Positions 40,414 to 51,442 of a stretch of 64,000 nt of DNA are shown here, in pieces. Position numbers and translations under genes: made by a program. The first letter of the stretch is position 1; every line of letters starts with the position of its first letter. The notes under the pieces were generated by a model that saw only the letters and a list, made by a program, of their open reading frames with translations, made no database searches and was not told the DNA's origin. The stretch is from Trypanosoma brucei. Taxonomy: Eukaryota. Where the stretch lies: positions 320,001 through 384,000 of the forward strand of contig CP000067.1 of NCBI GenBank assembly GCA_000002445.1, written 5' to 3'.

Positions 40414-43218
40414 TCAAGGATTACCTTCGACCTCAGGCAGCGCGGTCTTGCGGTAGCGTGCGTAATACAGGACTGTTATTGCTGCAGTGATGGCAACCAG
40501 CAAAGCATCCACCGCTCCAAGAGCAATGAGTGGCACTCTCAAGCGGAGCATACCCGATACCATTCGAGACTGCTGCGTCACATCGGCGCCCTCGTCGTGT
40601 CCTCCTTCATGGGGCTTCTTCGCACCTTCATTACGACCTTCGTCGTTGTCGTCATCATCTGCTCTGTGGCCTTCTGTATTATTTCGCGGGGCAAGAAAGA
40701 AGGTGACGTTAGATACATCGCTTGCGATAAAAAGGTGCCTGGAGCCCGCGCAGCTTGTGTGATGGACACCTTCTTCTGTTGTACAGAAGTCAACAATTTG
40801 TGTTGTCACCACTAGTTCTGAGATATTGTTGGATTTGACGCCAACCGTATGCATGGCGCGTCCGACGGCGATGTTTCCACTAAACGCTTCTCCCACCGTG
40901 GTGACATTTCCATGGCATTTGAACGTTACCTTCACTGCGAGGCGCATTCTCTCAACCACCGGCTTCATTAGCTTACCCAACTCCTTTGCTTTCGCCCCGT
41001 TGGTCCAAACTGACCTCTTAAGAATATGCCACATCGCATTTGTGAGCGGCGTGTATGCATGTGTGCCGATGCGTACAGAGACGTCCTGCCCATGAGTGAC
41101 GCAGAGAGCGATGCCAACACTGCCAGGGTCGTTACGCACCTCGCTCGTGCAGTTCGCAAGTTGCTCAACTGCCATTGCATTCGCTGATGATTGCTGCACG
41201 GGGAGGGCAGTGTTCCTCAACTCCGCTACAGGGGGTAAAACCAGCAGTGTGCCCGCCTGCACCACAGGTGAGTCGCTATACTTTGGGTTTACCACCTTCG
41301 TGCTGAAGTTGCACTGGTCTCCACCGAACGCCGCTGAGGTGTCCAGACTGATTGTAGTATTCGATGTGGTGAAGATGTACGTGTTGCGCTCCACTGGGAG
41401 GTCGACAAGCTCAGTCTTGGAAGAATTACTCTGTGTGGATGTTATGACTGCTTTAAACTCCGTTAGCCCCTTTGTGCACTCAATCAGCACTTTTACTTGG
41501 TCTCCATCCTCAGCATTCGGTGGCGCTTTCACCACAAGCAAAGGCACCAACTGGCCATTGTCCCTATTGGCAACCCTGACGCCCATCGGCCCGCCAAGCC
41601 ACTTCCACTTAGCTTTTATTGGATACCGCCCCCTTTTGGTCATGCAGCCCATGAGGGTTGGGTAGGAGGCACTGCTGCAGCGACAACCACCCTCACCGTC
41701 GCTGAAGGATCCCGGCGGGCAGACGACACATGGCTCTCGTGTGCTCCAAAGGTTTCCACTCGCACGAGTAAAGCCCCACGGACATGGCGTTCCTGCATAG
41801 GATTCCATCCCTTCTCCTCCAGCGACCCACTTATATTTGCTGGGAGGTGCTTCATTGTCGGTGGATTTCATTCGAGATTGGTTATACGCCGGTGAATAAC
41901 AATCGAAGAGTGAGGGTTGCGGCGGCAAACCGTCCCTACCGGTGATGCGGAGGATACTACGAGTCACGCATTCGGCGAGTGCCAGACCGCCCCCAAACCT
42001 CCCCGTTTCCGCTGAATGGTCGAGTGTATAATTGAGAATGTATGCGAACTGCTTCATGGTGTAACTGCGGTACTTGGGACTCATTGTAGTTACGGTGCTA
42101 AGTTCCTCGAATCGAGCCCAAGGCCAGAGTGTTTCCGTATTAGCTTCACCCGTTATGTTTTGATACAACAGACGTACAGGGAAGTCATCGTGTAGCATCA
42201 TTGCAACGGCAAGCGACACCGCTGCGCAGGGGAGGTGACTAACATTAGGATAACGCTCCTTGCTGCTCTCGTTCACCTTTGTTCCACGAAAGAAGGTTAG
42301 CAACTCTGAATACGAGCGACCGTGAACGCCAGGGATGTACAAATTACGATCTGTTATAGGCATCCAATCGTCTATCCTTTCCGCAACGTTACAACAGACG
42401 TCCATTGAAAGCAAAGTTCCATTACCGACGGCTGTGAAGGTGGGAACCTGGCGGTCCACTTTCCCAATGGACGTCTTCAGCCACTGCTTAACAATTTTCC
42501 ATTTTCGCATTGCGGCAGAATAGGCTTCCTTCACCATCTGTGTCCCCCTAGCGCTCACGGCGTGGCGAAAGGCTTGCTGGTCCTCTTCGGTAGTGTTCAG
42601 CTTCCACCCTCGACGTGCAATTTCAAACAACTCAGCCCCCGCCTTGTTGAACTCCTTGTTTAACCGAATAGCGCGGCGCAACTCCTCACGCTGCGGGCGG
42701 ATGTACAAAATATCTTCAACAAGAACGCTAGCCCCGTTTTCAAACACTTTTGTCGATTCGGCCACCGGACTCCTCTGGTTCACACGGTACGCCCAATACA
42801 TTGTGGAGCTCTCAATATCCATTCCGCACTGTTTCGGCAGCGACTGCAGCGATGCGGCACAAACTTCTCCATCCTCGTCGTACTTCGTGTAGCAGCCCTC
42901 TACCATATTAAGATCCAACATGGTGCCGCTCCATGGCATCCCTTGTTGCACCCTTCTGTGCATGCTGTCTAACTTCTTCAAAGTAATGGGAAATACCATA
43001 CGCGGTGTGATATTGGCTGTTGTTCCGCACACCGCCGCCCCACTCTCGCTGTTTCCTGAAGTGTAGAGGAGTCCGTCATCATACGCCAGTAAGGGCGCGA
43101 TGTTTGACTCTACAAGTTCTTCCACTTCCGGCACAAATCCATCATAGTGCAGAATATCCACAGCCTTCGCGACGACGCTACCAAACAACAGAAGCAACGC
43201 GAGGGACGGTGACATCAT
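40414..43218 (-). CDS. Large type I membrane glycoprotein (signal peptide, ~880-aa lumenal/extracellular domain, single C-terminal TM, ~15-aa cytoplasmic tail), 934 aa
   Basis: ATG start. N-terminal MMSPSLALLLLFGSVVAKA; C-terminal LIALGAVDALLVAITAAITVLYYARYRK. At least 15 NxS/T sequons and a Cys-rich module EPCVVCPPGSFSDGEGGCRCSS. No cyclase or peptidase motif. Confidence 0.7.
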   Translation of the reverse strand: MMSPSLALLLLFGSVVAKAVDILHYDGFVPEVEELVESNIAPLLAYDDGLLYTSGNSESGAAVCGTTANITPRMVFPITLKKLDSMHRRVQQGMPWSGTMLDLNMVEGCYTKYDEDGEVCAASLQSLPKQCGMDIESSTMYWAYRVNQRSPVAESTKVFENGASVLVEDILYIRPQREELRRAIRLNKEFNKAGAELFEIARRGWKLNTTEEDQQAFRHAVSARGTQMVKEAYSAAMRKWKIVKQWLKTSIGKVDRQVPTFTAVGNGTLLSMDVCCNVAERIDDWMPITDRNLYIPGVHGRSYSELLTFFRGTKVNESSKERYPNVSHLPCAAVSLAVAMMLHDDFPVRLLYQNITGEANTETLWPWARFEELSTVTTMSPKYRSYTMKQFAYILNYTLDHSAETGRFGGGLALAECVTRSILRITGRDGLPPQPSLFDCYSPAYNQSRMKSTDNEAPPSKYKWVAGGEGMESYAGTPCPWGFTRASGNLWSTREPCVVCPPGSFSDGEGGCRCSSASYPTLMGCMTKRGRYPIKAKWKWLGGPMGVRVANRDNGQLVPLLVVKAPPNAEDGDQVKVLIECTKGLTEFKAVITSTQSNSSKTELVDLPVERNTYIFTTSNTTISLDTSAAFGGDQCNFSTKVVNPKYSDSPVVQAGTLLVLPPVAELRNTALPVQQSSANAMAVEQLANCTSEVRNDPGSVGIALCVTHGQDVSVRIGTHAYTPLTNAMWHILKRSVWTNGAKAKELGKLMKPVVERMRLAVKVTFKCHGNVTTVGEAFSGNIAVGRAMHTVGVKSNNISELVVTTQIVDFCTTEEGVHHTSCAGSRHLFIASDVSNVTFFLAPRNNTEGHRADDDDNDEGRNEGAKKPHEGGHDEGADVTQQSRMVSGMLRLRVPLIALGAVDALLVAITAAITVLYYARYRKTALPEVEGNP

Positions 43219-43819
43219 GATGAAGTAGGCGAATAAATTTCCACGTGTGTGTCTCGTTAACGAGATCTCCTCTCTCCTCGTATTAATGCACTGTTAAGGC
43301 TGTGCTTCTTATATATGCCTCCCACCCTAATTACAGTTATCTCAGGAAATCTGGCGGGAAGGCACAAAAAGGAAATAACATGGAAATGACTGAATGTGAA
43401 GCGCACGGTGGTAGTAATGGTAAAGCAGCAATACAAAAATAATTTTCAGCTACCAGCGGTACAAAGCAATACGCAAAACCAATTTGAAGAAGCCATCTAA
43501 ACGAATTCACAAAAGGAAAAAAAATGATGAAGTCAAAGAGGTGAGAAACAATACCTCTCTGCATGTCGGGTTAGGGTTAGGGTGCGCGGGTGCACACATT
43601 ATAATAGCATATAAAACAAATATTTCTGTGAGGAGTGTATAGTGGGTGGAGCGTGTTTATGATGACAATAATAAAGAAATAAGATATATGTGTCCACAGC
43701 AAGAGTGGAGGTCCGCCGCTAGTGGGTTAGGGTTAGGGACAGAGGTTACTCCTAGTTCTTCCTCGCCTTTCGCTTACTGATGTGAGTTCATGCTTGCCAG
43801 CAAAATGTTACGCAGGTCC

Positions 43820-45201
43820 TCATTTTCCTCCTGTGCGCCACTTTAAGAACTTTTCCAGCTCTTCCGAAGTGGTAGTGGGCGGGAATTCACGGAGCGCGCA
43901 CTCAAAATTCTCCCTACACACTGCCGGTACGTGTAGTGCCGCCGTAGGCACAGTTTCAATTGGTCGCGCTCCTTCTTCATCTTCGTCGCAAAGTACGTAC
44001 TGCGGGCTGCCGCTGCTCGACTTTTGTGAAACCAATTCATTGTCAGTCGGGGCGCTGTTACTCACAGTAGTGGTGGAAGGTCTGATAGGCTTTGCATACC
44101 CCGCCATTGAAATCTTCTGTATAGGTTCCATGACGGCACGTCGCGTTATGCGGCAAATATCTGATGCTGAGTATCCCTCAGTGGAGTTGACGAGCCACTG
44201 GATGTCCTCCTCACCAAGTTCACTTGGCACATGCCGTAGTTCCTCAACAATAAGTCGGAACCGCGCCGCCGAGGGCGGAAGCCCCACAAAGACGAGTTGG
44301 TCAAAACGCCGAAGAATAGCGCTGTCAAGTCCCCAAGGAATGTTGGTGGCTGCTATAAGCGTGATTCCATCCACATGCGATTTTTGCATGCGCAGAAGCA
44401 GTTCAGTTTTGACTCGCCGAGATGCTTCGCTCTCCCCGGCCCCGCCCCGTACGCCACCTATCGCGTCGATCTCGTCAAGAAATAGAACGCAGCGGGGGAA
44501 GGAGGCGGCCACCTCGAAAACGCGCCGCACCTGTCGCTCCGAATCCCCAATCCACTTGCTCAAAATGTCTGCTGATGACACGGTAAGCAGTGGTGCTGCA
44601 TACTCAGCCGCGGCCGCCGCAGCAAGCAGCGTCTTGCCTGTACCTGGTGGGCCGTAAAGGAGAATATGCCGGGGCGGGTGCCGTTTACCTTGAAACAGAT
44701 GAGGGAATCGTAGTGGGAGCACCGTTGCTCGTTTCAAGGCAGCAATGGCGTCCTCACAGCCACTCACGTCAACCCACCGGACCCTGTTGGTATTTCCATG
44801 CTCTTTGAGCCCATCGACACTTCCCGGTGGGTACAAAATGGCGGCTCCAAGCTCCTCCACTTCCTGTTCACAGCTGGAGACTGATGGTTTTGCCTCCATC
44901 TCGTACTGCTGAAGTTGCTGGTGTTGTCGGTGGCTAGAGGGAAAGGTTCCGTCAGGTGGAAGATCAATAACTCTGAGAAGGGTACGGGAAACGTGGGCGT
45001 AAATGGCGCAACGATGCGGCGAATCGTCATATGCTTGCATTAAAGAGGAACACTGTAGTATGGCGCGCAGTATTCCTTGGAGGCGAATGATTGCGTCCTC
45101 ACCGGCATTTCGGAAGTGACTGTATTGCAGAAGCAGTTCGCGCGCCTCCGTCACTAACTGTATGGCCTCTTCTGCTTTCTTCAGGTTGAAGGAATCTTCC
45201 A
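43820..45201 (-). CDS. Meiotic-clade AAA ATPase (katanin p60 / spastin / fidgetin-like), ~460 aa
   Basis: The ORF-track start is TTG; the first ATG gives MEDSFNLKKAEEAIQ..., an MIT-like helical N-terminus. AAA core [53 protein letters not shown], Walker B VLFLDEIDAIGG, and C-terminal helix typical of the katanin/Vps4 clade. Confidence 0.8.
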
Positions 45202-45565
45202 TGGCCGATCGAACTTCCAAGGGCGAGAGTTGAGAAAAGTTGTCGTTGTTGTTCTTGTCACACCTTCTTGGAAAATCTATTATTTGCCTGCCCTCTATCT
45301 GTGAATGCTTTTTTTTTGCCTCGCTAATGTAAGTGCACGTGAACGCACGTATATTATATTCGTTGGTGAAGGTAGGTGGGAGAGTTTTTCATCAGAGGGA
45401 TATCCACACAATCAAACGTAGGCGGGGAATATTCGAAGAACACTTCACATTTGAGAGAGAGGCAAAGTGTAAGGAAGAAGCGATGCAACATCCACAACCG
45501 GCCCATTAAGCGGTGACTATCGCACACCCCCACAAATTCAAGTTTACTTTGCCCCCCTCACAGAA

Positions 45566-47410
45566 TCATTCGCGCCCCCGCTGGCTCGATAACAAACTGA
45601 GAGTACGTTCGATTGCCTCTAGGCGTTTTTCTAATCTCTGCATCATCTTCTCGTTTTCCTGCCGCACAACTGCCCGCACCACCTCCGTCAGCCTTTCCTC
45701 GTCCAAGCCTGCTGCTCCACTTCGTCTCCACGGTTGTGGAATCTCAGATACCAGTGTAAGATCCCCAATGGTGCGCACTGTTACTTTCTTCGTTTCTCCT
45801 TTCGGTCTTGCATCATTACTAACATCATTAGAACCATGACAGCCATCAAGAAGCTTCCCTGAGAGCAGGAGCAGAGCATCCGAAGTGTCAAAGGGCCACA
45901 CTAACCCAGCCAAAAGACTGGACTCATGCTCAACACCAACAGAAGCCCGTGGCTCCACTTCACAATTTTCACATAAGCCAAACACAATTGCCCGCTCGCT
46001 ATCAAACAGACATAGCTCTCCCCCCAGCTTCCCTGGAGTTGTGTTCCGTGGGCGTCGGATCGTGGCGACCATGGTGGCGTCCCCCCTAAACATGCTCAAG
46101 GCGTTTTTGCACTCCAGAGAGGTCGCGAGGAAAATTTGAGCATCAATTGTGGTCTCTGGGCGCAGCGCTTCAGCACTCCCCTTTCTTTTGCCTGCCGGAA
46201 CATCAGTACAACTCGTGTTTCTTAATACATGCAACTTATCTTGAGCAACCGAAACAACTAGGATTTGTGGCACCGCTGCTGTCGGACTTAACTGCGGCTG
46301 CGTTACTAGTAGCAACGAACTAACGCTTTGCGGACGACCAGAGTCCAAACGGCAGACATCGTTCCACGATGGGAGCACAGACGAATAGTGTGAAGCAGTC
46401 GAGTCGCTTACGGTTTCCATTACGCAAAGGGGGGTGCCGTCTGCCATCTTCAGGGAAAGCGCACCCCGCTCTGCCTGGTCCTCAGCTCCAGTGTTTCCCA
46501 GTGCGCAAAATGTGACAACTCGTTCCACCTCCTCACCGCTCGTGGCAACACTAACATATTGCACACCAGCGGAGATTGCCATGTAGCGGGTGGTGGGTCC
46601 CATAAGGAGCGACCGAATAGCAATAGGCTTCTCTTTGACAGACGACCATTCAAATAGAACAACGCTTCCAAGCGTGCACCCAAGAAGAACCGCGGGACAT
46701 CCGTGGCAGTCTGACAAACCGGAAATAAGTTGAAAGGCTCCAATAGATAGCTCCCGGTGTTGATGACTCGCAGCCGCGGCGCCACCAGAAATTGCGAACG
46801 CATAACTCTCTGTCCGTATGTGATCAGTGGTAACTATGACTGCGTATCCGTTAACTGTCAACGCGCACACATCAATCGCGTGCTGCGGGATGCGGAGCAA
46901 GACGCTACTGTCACCCTCACACGTACCATCGCCGCCGTCATCATTCTCGCTATCGTTTTGCGCATTAGACGGCTCGCACAAGCCCGAGCGAAGGCACACC
47001 ACCTCACCAACAGAGCTCATCACGGCAATTGTCGTTCGACCAGCCCACACCACCTTGGAAATGCCCTGCGATGGCTCAGCACTGAAGTTGAAAGTGCGCC
47101 GTGCGACTGTCATTGAAGAAAGTTCCTCCCCGCAGCCGGCGGTCGTGACGGTCATGACTGTAAGCTCTACTTGAGAAGGCACTTCCGGATTCAGGCTTGC
47201 AACTGCCAGGGTGTTGAACGAGTGGTCGCCCTCCTGCGACGTAGAGGAGGAGGGCGCCATTGCCATAATTCCGGCATTCGCACGTACGCGTAGGCCCCCC
47301 GCCGGGGGAAGGCGAGCAATACCCCGCAATCGCTTCACCGGAACGGCAGTCCCCCTCTTCCCGGTTATGTGGGAAACTGGCGCCCCTCCCGAAGTAAGGA
47401 AGGAAAACAT
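45566..47410 (-). CDS. Hypothetical protein, 614 aa, with C-terminal coiled-coil
   Basis: ATG start; long ORF in PTU orientation. C-terminal EERLTEVVRAVVRQENEKMMQRLEKRLEAIERTLSLL is coiled-coil-like. No recognised domain. Confidence 0.55.
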   Translation of the reverse strand: MFSFLTSGGAPVSHITGKRGTAVPVKRLRGIARLPPAGGLRVRANAGIMAMAPSSSTSQEGDHSFNTLAVASLNPEVPSQVELTVMTVTTAGCGEELSSMTVARRTFNFSAEPSQGISKVVWAGRTTIAVMSSVGEVVCLRSGLCEPSNAQNDSENDDGGDGTCEGDSSVLLRIPQHAIDVCALTVNGYAVIVTTDHIRTESYAFAISGGAAAASHQHRELSIGAFQLISGLSDCHGCPAVLLGCTLGSVVLFEWSSVKEKPIAIRSLLMGPTTRYMAISAGVQYVSVATSGEEVERVVTFCALGNTGAEDQAERGALSLKMADGTPLCVMETVSDSTASHYSSVLPSWNDVCRLDSGRPQSVSSLLLVTQPQLSPTAAVPQILVVSVAQDKLHVLRNTSCTDVPAGKRKGSAEALRPETTIDAQIFLATSLECKNALSMFRGDATMVATIRRPRNTTPGKLGGELCLFDSERAIVFGLCENCEVEPRASVGVEHESSLLAGLVWPFDTSDALLLLSGKLLDGCHGSNDVSNDARPKGETKKVTVRTIGDLTLVSEIPQPWRRSGAAGLDEERLTEVVRAVVRQENEKMMQRLEKRLEAIERTLSLLSSQRGRE

Positions 47411-47939
47411 GTTTGACTACGCGCACGAGTGACGATGGGAGTGAGGCAACGAGAGCAGCAAAGACGGTTGACAAATTTAAAAGTTGGTCATCTGTTTCCT
47501 CACTGAACGCACATAAAAATCGACCAACATCACCTCCCTGCCTCACTAAGAACGAAATAAATTCACAGTTACGAAAGGAAACAGAACACGATAAACATGG
47601 GTAGACGTGTGGAAGTCCAAACAAACAAACACGACACACACGCGTCCACAACATTACGAGCAAATGCACCTCCCGTTTCCAGAGCACGTTTTTTTTTGTT
47701 GGCATGGATCCGACTGAAGGAGCGCCCCACTAGTCAATGAAATTGCACCACTACGTCTTATGATTTCACCTTCCTATCGCAGGTAAGGCATCCACAGGTG
47801 AATATTGGCAAGCAACGCCCCCATACACAGGACCGACTGCTCCATTTTGGGGCGTGGGTCCGCGCTCCAAAGGGGTCACACCGCGGGCACCCGCCGAAAA
47901 TTCAAGTTCAACACACCTTACCGCAATTTATGACACGCC

Positions 47940-48644
47940 TCAACTAAGTTTCGCGCCCACGGGTAATTTATGCACCGTCTTCGTGGCACGCTCAGCCTTC
48001 TCCTTGAGCGCCTCTTCGTATGCTTGTCGTCTCGACAACTGAAACACAATCGGCTCACCTGGCTTCGGGTTGCGGGGGGAATGAAGCGCCTGAAGGAAAG
48101 CTCCCGCATGATCCATCAGAAACCGCTGCTTCTCCGGATCCGTCTCGCGGCAATGCACATGCCACTGCTCCATCAGCCGCCTCTGCAGGAACTGGCGGGC
48201 GTGACGGGACTTAACTTTGATATCGATGGAGCGATAGCACATGCGGAGAAGTGAATAAGCGGAGTTAATTTCCAGCACCTGTTGTTGCGCGTTGGTGTGC
48301 GTCATCTTGGGACCACACAACCACAGTGATGACCGGCACAACATCACTAGTATGGTTATATAAAGGGTGCCTCTTCCTTGGGCTGAGTTAACGGCCAGCA
48401 AAGCACTTTCCTCCAGTACTATGGCTGTGAAGGACCAAGTGATTTCCGGGAAAAAGAAACAAAGGCAAGTAATGCAGAGAAAATGCAGTCGTGAAGAGAA
48501 GGGTGAGGACACTAGTGATGTCATTACGGCATGTATTAACGTAACGGGGGTGGCTTTTGTATACATACCCAAGAAAACGGCCATAGGGCGGTGAAGGTGG
48601 TCAAATATGGAGAGTCGGGAAGTTTGGAAGGTACATGGGCGCAT
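47940..48644 (-). CDS. Hypothetical protein, 234 aa
   Basis: ATG start; the N-terminal ~90 aa is hydrophobic (possible TM segments). No recognised domain. Confidence 0.45.
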   Translation of the reverse strand: MRPCTFQTSRLSIFDHLHRPMAVFLGMYTKATPVTLIHAVMTSLVSSPFSSRLHFLCITCLCFFFPEITWSFTAIVLEESALLAVNSAQGRGTLYITILVMLCRSSLWLCGPKMTHTNAQQQVLEINSAYSLLRMCYRSIDIKVKSRHARQFLQRRLMEQWHVHCRETDPEKQRFLMDHAGAFLQALHSPRNPKPGEPIVFQLSRRQAYEEALKEKAERATKTVHKLPVGAKLS

Positions 48645-48835
48645 AACAACGGTAAGATACGCTCAATAAAGAAAGGGGAACAGAGAAACAAAAAACAACA
48701 AAAACAAACAAACACACAAACACAAGAACGGCCACTAAAGACCTTTTTCTTTGATTTGTGGGTAGAGGCTCGTGTGTGTCTGTGGAACAAATAAAAATCC
48801 AGTCTACAAACTAGCGCATCTAACGCCCTACATAT

Positions 48836-50239
48836 TCATCCTTGGCTAGCTGGGTAAGGTGAAGTAAACCATCCCCCCTCCCTTGTGCCATCTGTTGGAG
48901 TCCCCAACCTTCTCGACCAGGGGTGAAGCGACGGATCGTTCGTGGTGAATGGACGATACCCGGGAGGGAGCGCCGACCGGTCTCTGGGTCTGAAAAACGT
49001 TGAAGCCCGATTGTCAAACGCCTCAAAGAAGCTACCCGACCCTCTGGAGTACCATCCCGACCCCTTCCCACTGCGGCCCGTCCAATGTTTTCTACACGCC
49101 TCGGCAACTCGCCCCAAATACGAGTCACTAGAGCATGCTGGGATTGCAATCAGCGACACTTTAATAAGCTGTGATAACTGAATGGCGCGTAGAAGAGATG
49201 CCGCTTTACCCTCCGGTACAGGCACGCCGTCCAACAGCAGCACGCGTAACTGCCCAAGCAGTGGAATAGTACGGATAAGTTGATACACTTCAGGGGCGCT
49301 TAGTGAAGTATAACCTAAGTCGAGTTCTTCTAGAAACATACAGCCGCCCATCAGGAACTCCTGAAATAATCCTACATCTCCACCCCCAAAACGATTGCCG
49401 CGAAGGCTCAGTCGTGTTATGCTCGTCAGCGGAAGAAGTGTCGTCAGCATGTTCACACAGGAAGCATCGATCCAGTTGTAAGCAAGGTGTAAGTTTTCTA
49501 CCTGCGGCTCCAACTGAGTGGCATGGTTAAGAATCAGAAGTATCACCAGCAGTGAGGCAGGACCAATGTTGCAGAACTGAGCAGAAAAGGTCTCCACACC
49601 ACTGTTATTATTTCTAAAGACACCATCTAACAGAAGCACGTTTGTTTGCTCGGGAGTGAGATTTATGTGATCAAGGTGAAGGAGGTACAGCGGGGATTTT
49701 GACTGACGTATCTTGAGAGCAACGTCCGCGAGAAGCTGATTTTCCGCCTCCTTTCCACGCTCACTCCACGGGATAAGAGGCGGGTAGTGGCCATTTGGTT
49801 CCTCCCTGTAGGGAAGAGTGCGTAGCGACAGCCACCACTCGTGCAAGAAACGGAAATCCATGTCCCATTCCCGTCTCTCGGTGGGTTTATTCCACTCACA
49901 ATTTTGCACCGAAGCGCAGATATTTTCCGTCAGTTCTTCCAACACTTCCCGCATGATATGGGCGTGCAAGGAGTACGGTGACGTCAGGTGGGCTGCCCGA
50001 TCGTCCGTAAGATCCTCCAACTTAAGTTTCCTTACATAGTCCATCACTTCACACTCTTTCACCGGCGGAAGCGGTTCCACACCCTTGATGAAATTCCTAA
50101 TCCTAACTTCTTCAGCATATCTCTCGCTTCCCCCAACTATTCGTTTTGCATGTTTCTGCTTTCCGAGGTACCTTCTCCTTTGCTTTCCTACGGACACACG
50201 CAAAAGTGCGCAGGGCTCCGCCAATTCAGGCAAGGTCAT
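48836..50239 (-). CDS. Leucine-rich repeat (RNI-like) protein, 467 aa
   Basis: ATG start. RNI-type LRRs such as ITRLSLRGNRFGGGDVGLFQEFL, LEELDLGYTSLSAPEVYQL and LRVLLLDGVPV. Confidence 0.6.
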   Translation of the reverse strand: MTLPELAEPCALLRVSVGKQRRRYLGKQKHAKRIVGGSERYAEEVRIRNFIKGVEPLPPVKECEVMDYVRKLKLEDLTDDRAAHLTSPYSLHAHIMREVLEELTENICASVQNCEWNKPTERREWDMDFRFLHEWWLSLRTLPYREEPNGHYPPLIPWSERGKEAENQLLADVALKIRQSKSPLYLLHLDHINLTPEQTNVLLLDGVFRNNNSGVETFSAQFCNIGPASLLVILLILNHATQLEPQVENLHLAYNWIDASCVNMLTTLLPLTSITRLSLRGNRFGGGDVGLFQEFLMGGCMFLEELDLGYTSLSAPEVYQLIRTIPLLGQLRVLLLDGVPVPEGKAASLLRAIQLSQLIKVSLIAIPACSSDSYLGRVAEACRKHWTGRSGKGSGWYSRGSGSFFEAFDNRASTFFRPRDRSALPPGYRPFTTNDPSLHPWSRRLGTPTDGTREGGWFTSPYPASQG

Positions 50240-50529
50240 AGTGCGCTTAAAAACGCTAACCGACCAAACAAGGAGGGAGTGAAGGCAAGGTGCTACCCCT
50301 TAATGATAGTGTAATGACCCCTTTTCTCTTCTGTTCTACGGCACCAACGTTGGCGACCTCCTCTAAACAACTCAACCGACGAACAAAAAAGAGATCAGTG
50401 GACAGAAGTTGAGCAACGGAGAGTAATCCGGCGTGCGAAGACACTGTGCGGGTACCAGGCAATCAACTTCGTGACATTAGACAGCTTTGGTCTCAAATGG
50501 GAAGGGATTTTTCTCTTCTCGTAAAAAAT

Positions 50530-50552
50530 GTATATATATATATATATATATA
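50530..50552. repeat. (TA)n microsatellite
   Basis: tatatatatatatatatatatata, intergenic. Confidence 0.8.
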
Positions 50553-50663
50553 GACAGATATATGGACAGATATACTTCCACCAGTCTAAATGCCACACAC
50601 ATCCCGAACGGAAACAATCGGTCACCCATGCACTCATTCTGCCCCATCGCTTGTACGCACCTC

Positions 50664-51281
50664 TCACCGCGTCACCGGGGACATCAGCATTTCAACTCCA
50701 TCCAGCTCCTGGAGGCAGCCTGGCCAACGCCGCCGCCAAACAGATAACCGATGCCTAAGAAACCTTTCTCGTTTCGTCATCCTCTTCCACTGCTCAGGTG
50801 TGGCGTGATCGTACCCCAAGGCATGAAGCAGCGCGTGCGTCAACGCCGCCTGCAGATAGTCGTGGAACCTTAGGCAGTGCGTGGGCCTGCACGAGCAACG
50901 CATCGAAATGTATTCCACGCTAAAGTAAATGTCACCGAGCTCCTGAAGGAGGGCACGACGCTCCGCCAATACACTTGGGTCAGCGACGCACGCGTTGTCA
51001 CCCTCCACACGAGCTAGCAAAACTGTTTCGTTGAGGAACTTTGCATAGGGCGTCCCACTTCCGCTTCCAGGGAACGTCAGTACGTCTGTTGGTTTGTCCA
51101 CTCCACGATGCTCGAGGTTCAGCTCATGCATTCTGCCAGGTGTAACAAAGTGGATGGAAAGTTCAACAGCTTGTGGGGCTCGTTCCGCCAGCAACACTGC
51201 TTCTGTCAACCCTTGAACACCGGCGGCGAACCGAGGCGTGGCGCCCAGCACACGAACGTTGCGAAACAGGGAGCGTGGCAT
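50664..51281 (-). CDS. YBEY: YbeY-like metallo-endoribonuclease (rRNA maturation factor family), 205 aa
   Basis: ATG start. Diagnostic zinc-binding motif H-x3-H-x5-H as HALLHALGYDH, plus the upstream TDVLTFPG element typical of YbeY. Confidence 0.72.
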   Translation of the reverse strand: MPRSLFRNVRVLGATPRFAAGVQGLTEAVLLAERAPQAVELSIHFVTPGRMHELNLEHRGVDKPTDVLTFPGSGSGTPYAKFLNETVLLARVEGDNACVADPSVLAERRALLQELGDIYFSVEYISMRCSCRPTHCLRFHDYLQAALTHALLHALGYDHATPEQWKRMTKRERFLRHRLSVWRRRWPGCLQELDGVEMLMSPVTR

Positions 51282-51442
51282 CTACTTGAGTACAAACCAA
51301 GGGAACGAATGCATGTGGTTCACTAGACAAGCAATGTAACGGTACAAGTACCACGATAAGACATTCACAGCTCTACAGGCCAACACCAAATCACTCTCTG
51401 TACTTCGCATTTTCCTCCTTTCGGTGTGAGGGACTAGAGGCA

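Noticed and set aside
40414-43218. Possibility that the 934-aa membrane protein is a receptor-type adenylate cyclase (ESAG4/GRESAG4-like)
   Set aside because: Those have a large cytoplasmic cyclase domain after the TM. Here only ~15 residues follow the TM and no cyclase motifs are present.
47076-47705. 209-aa minus-strand ORF overlapping the start of the 614-aa gene
   Set aside because: It overlaps the 5' part of the 45566-47410 ORF in another frame and has no motif. It is more likely upstream intergenic/UTR sequence read through.
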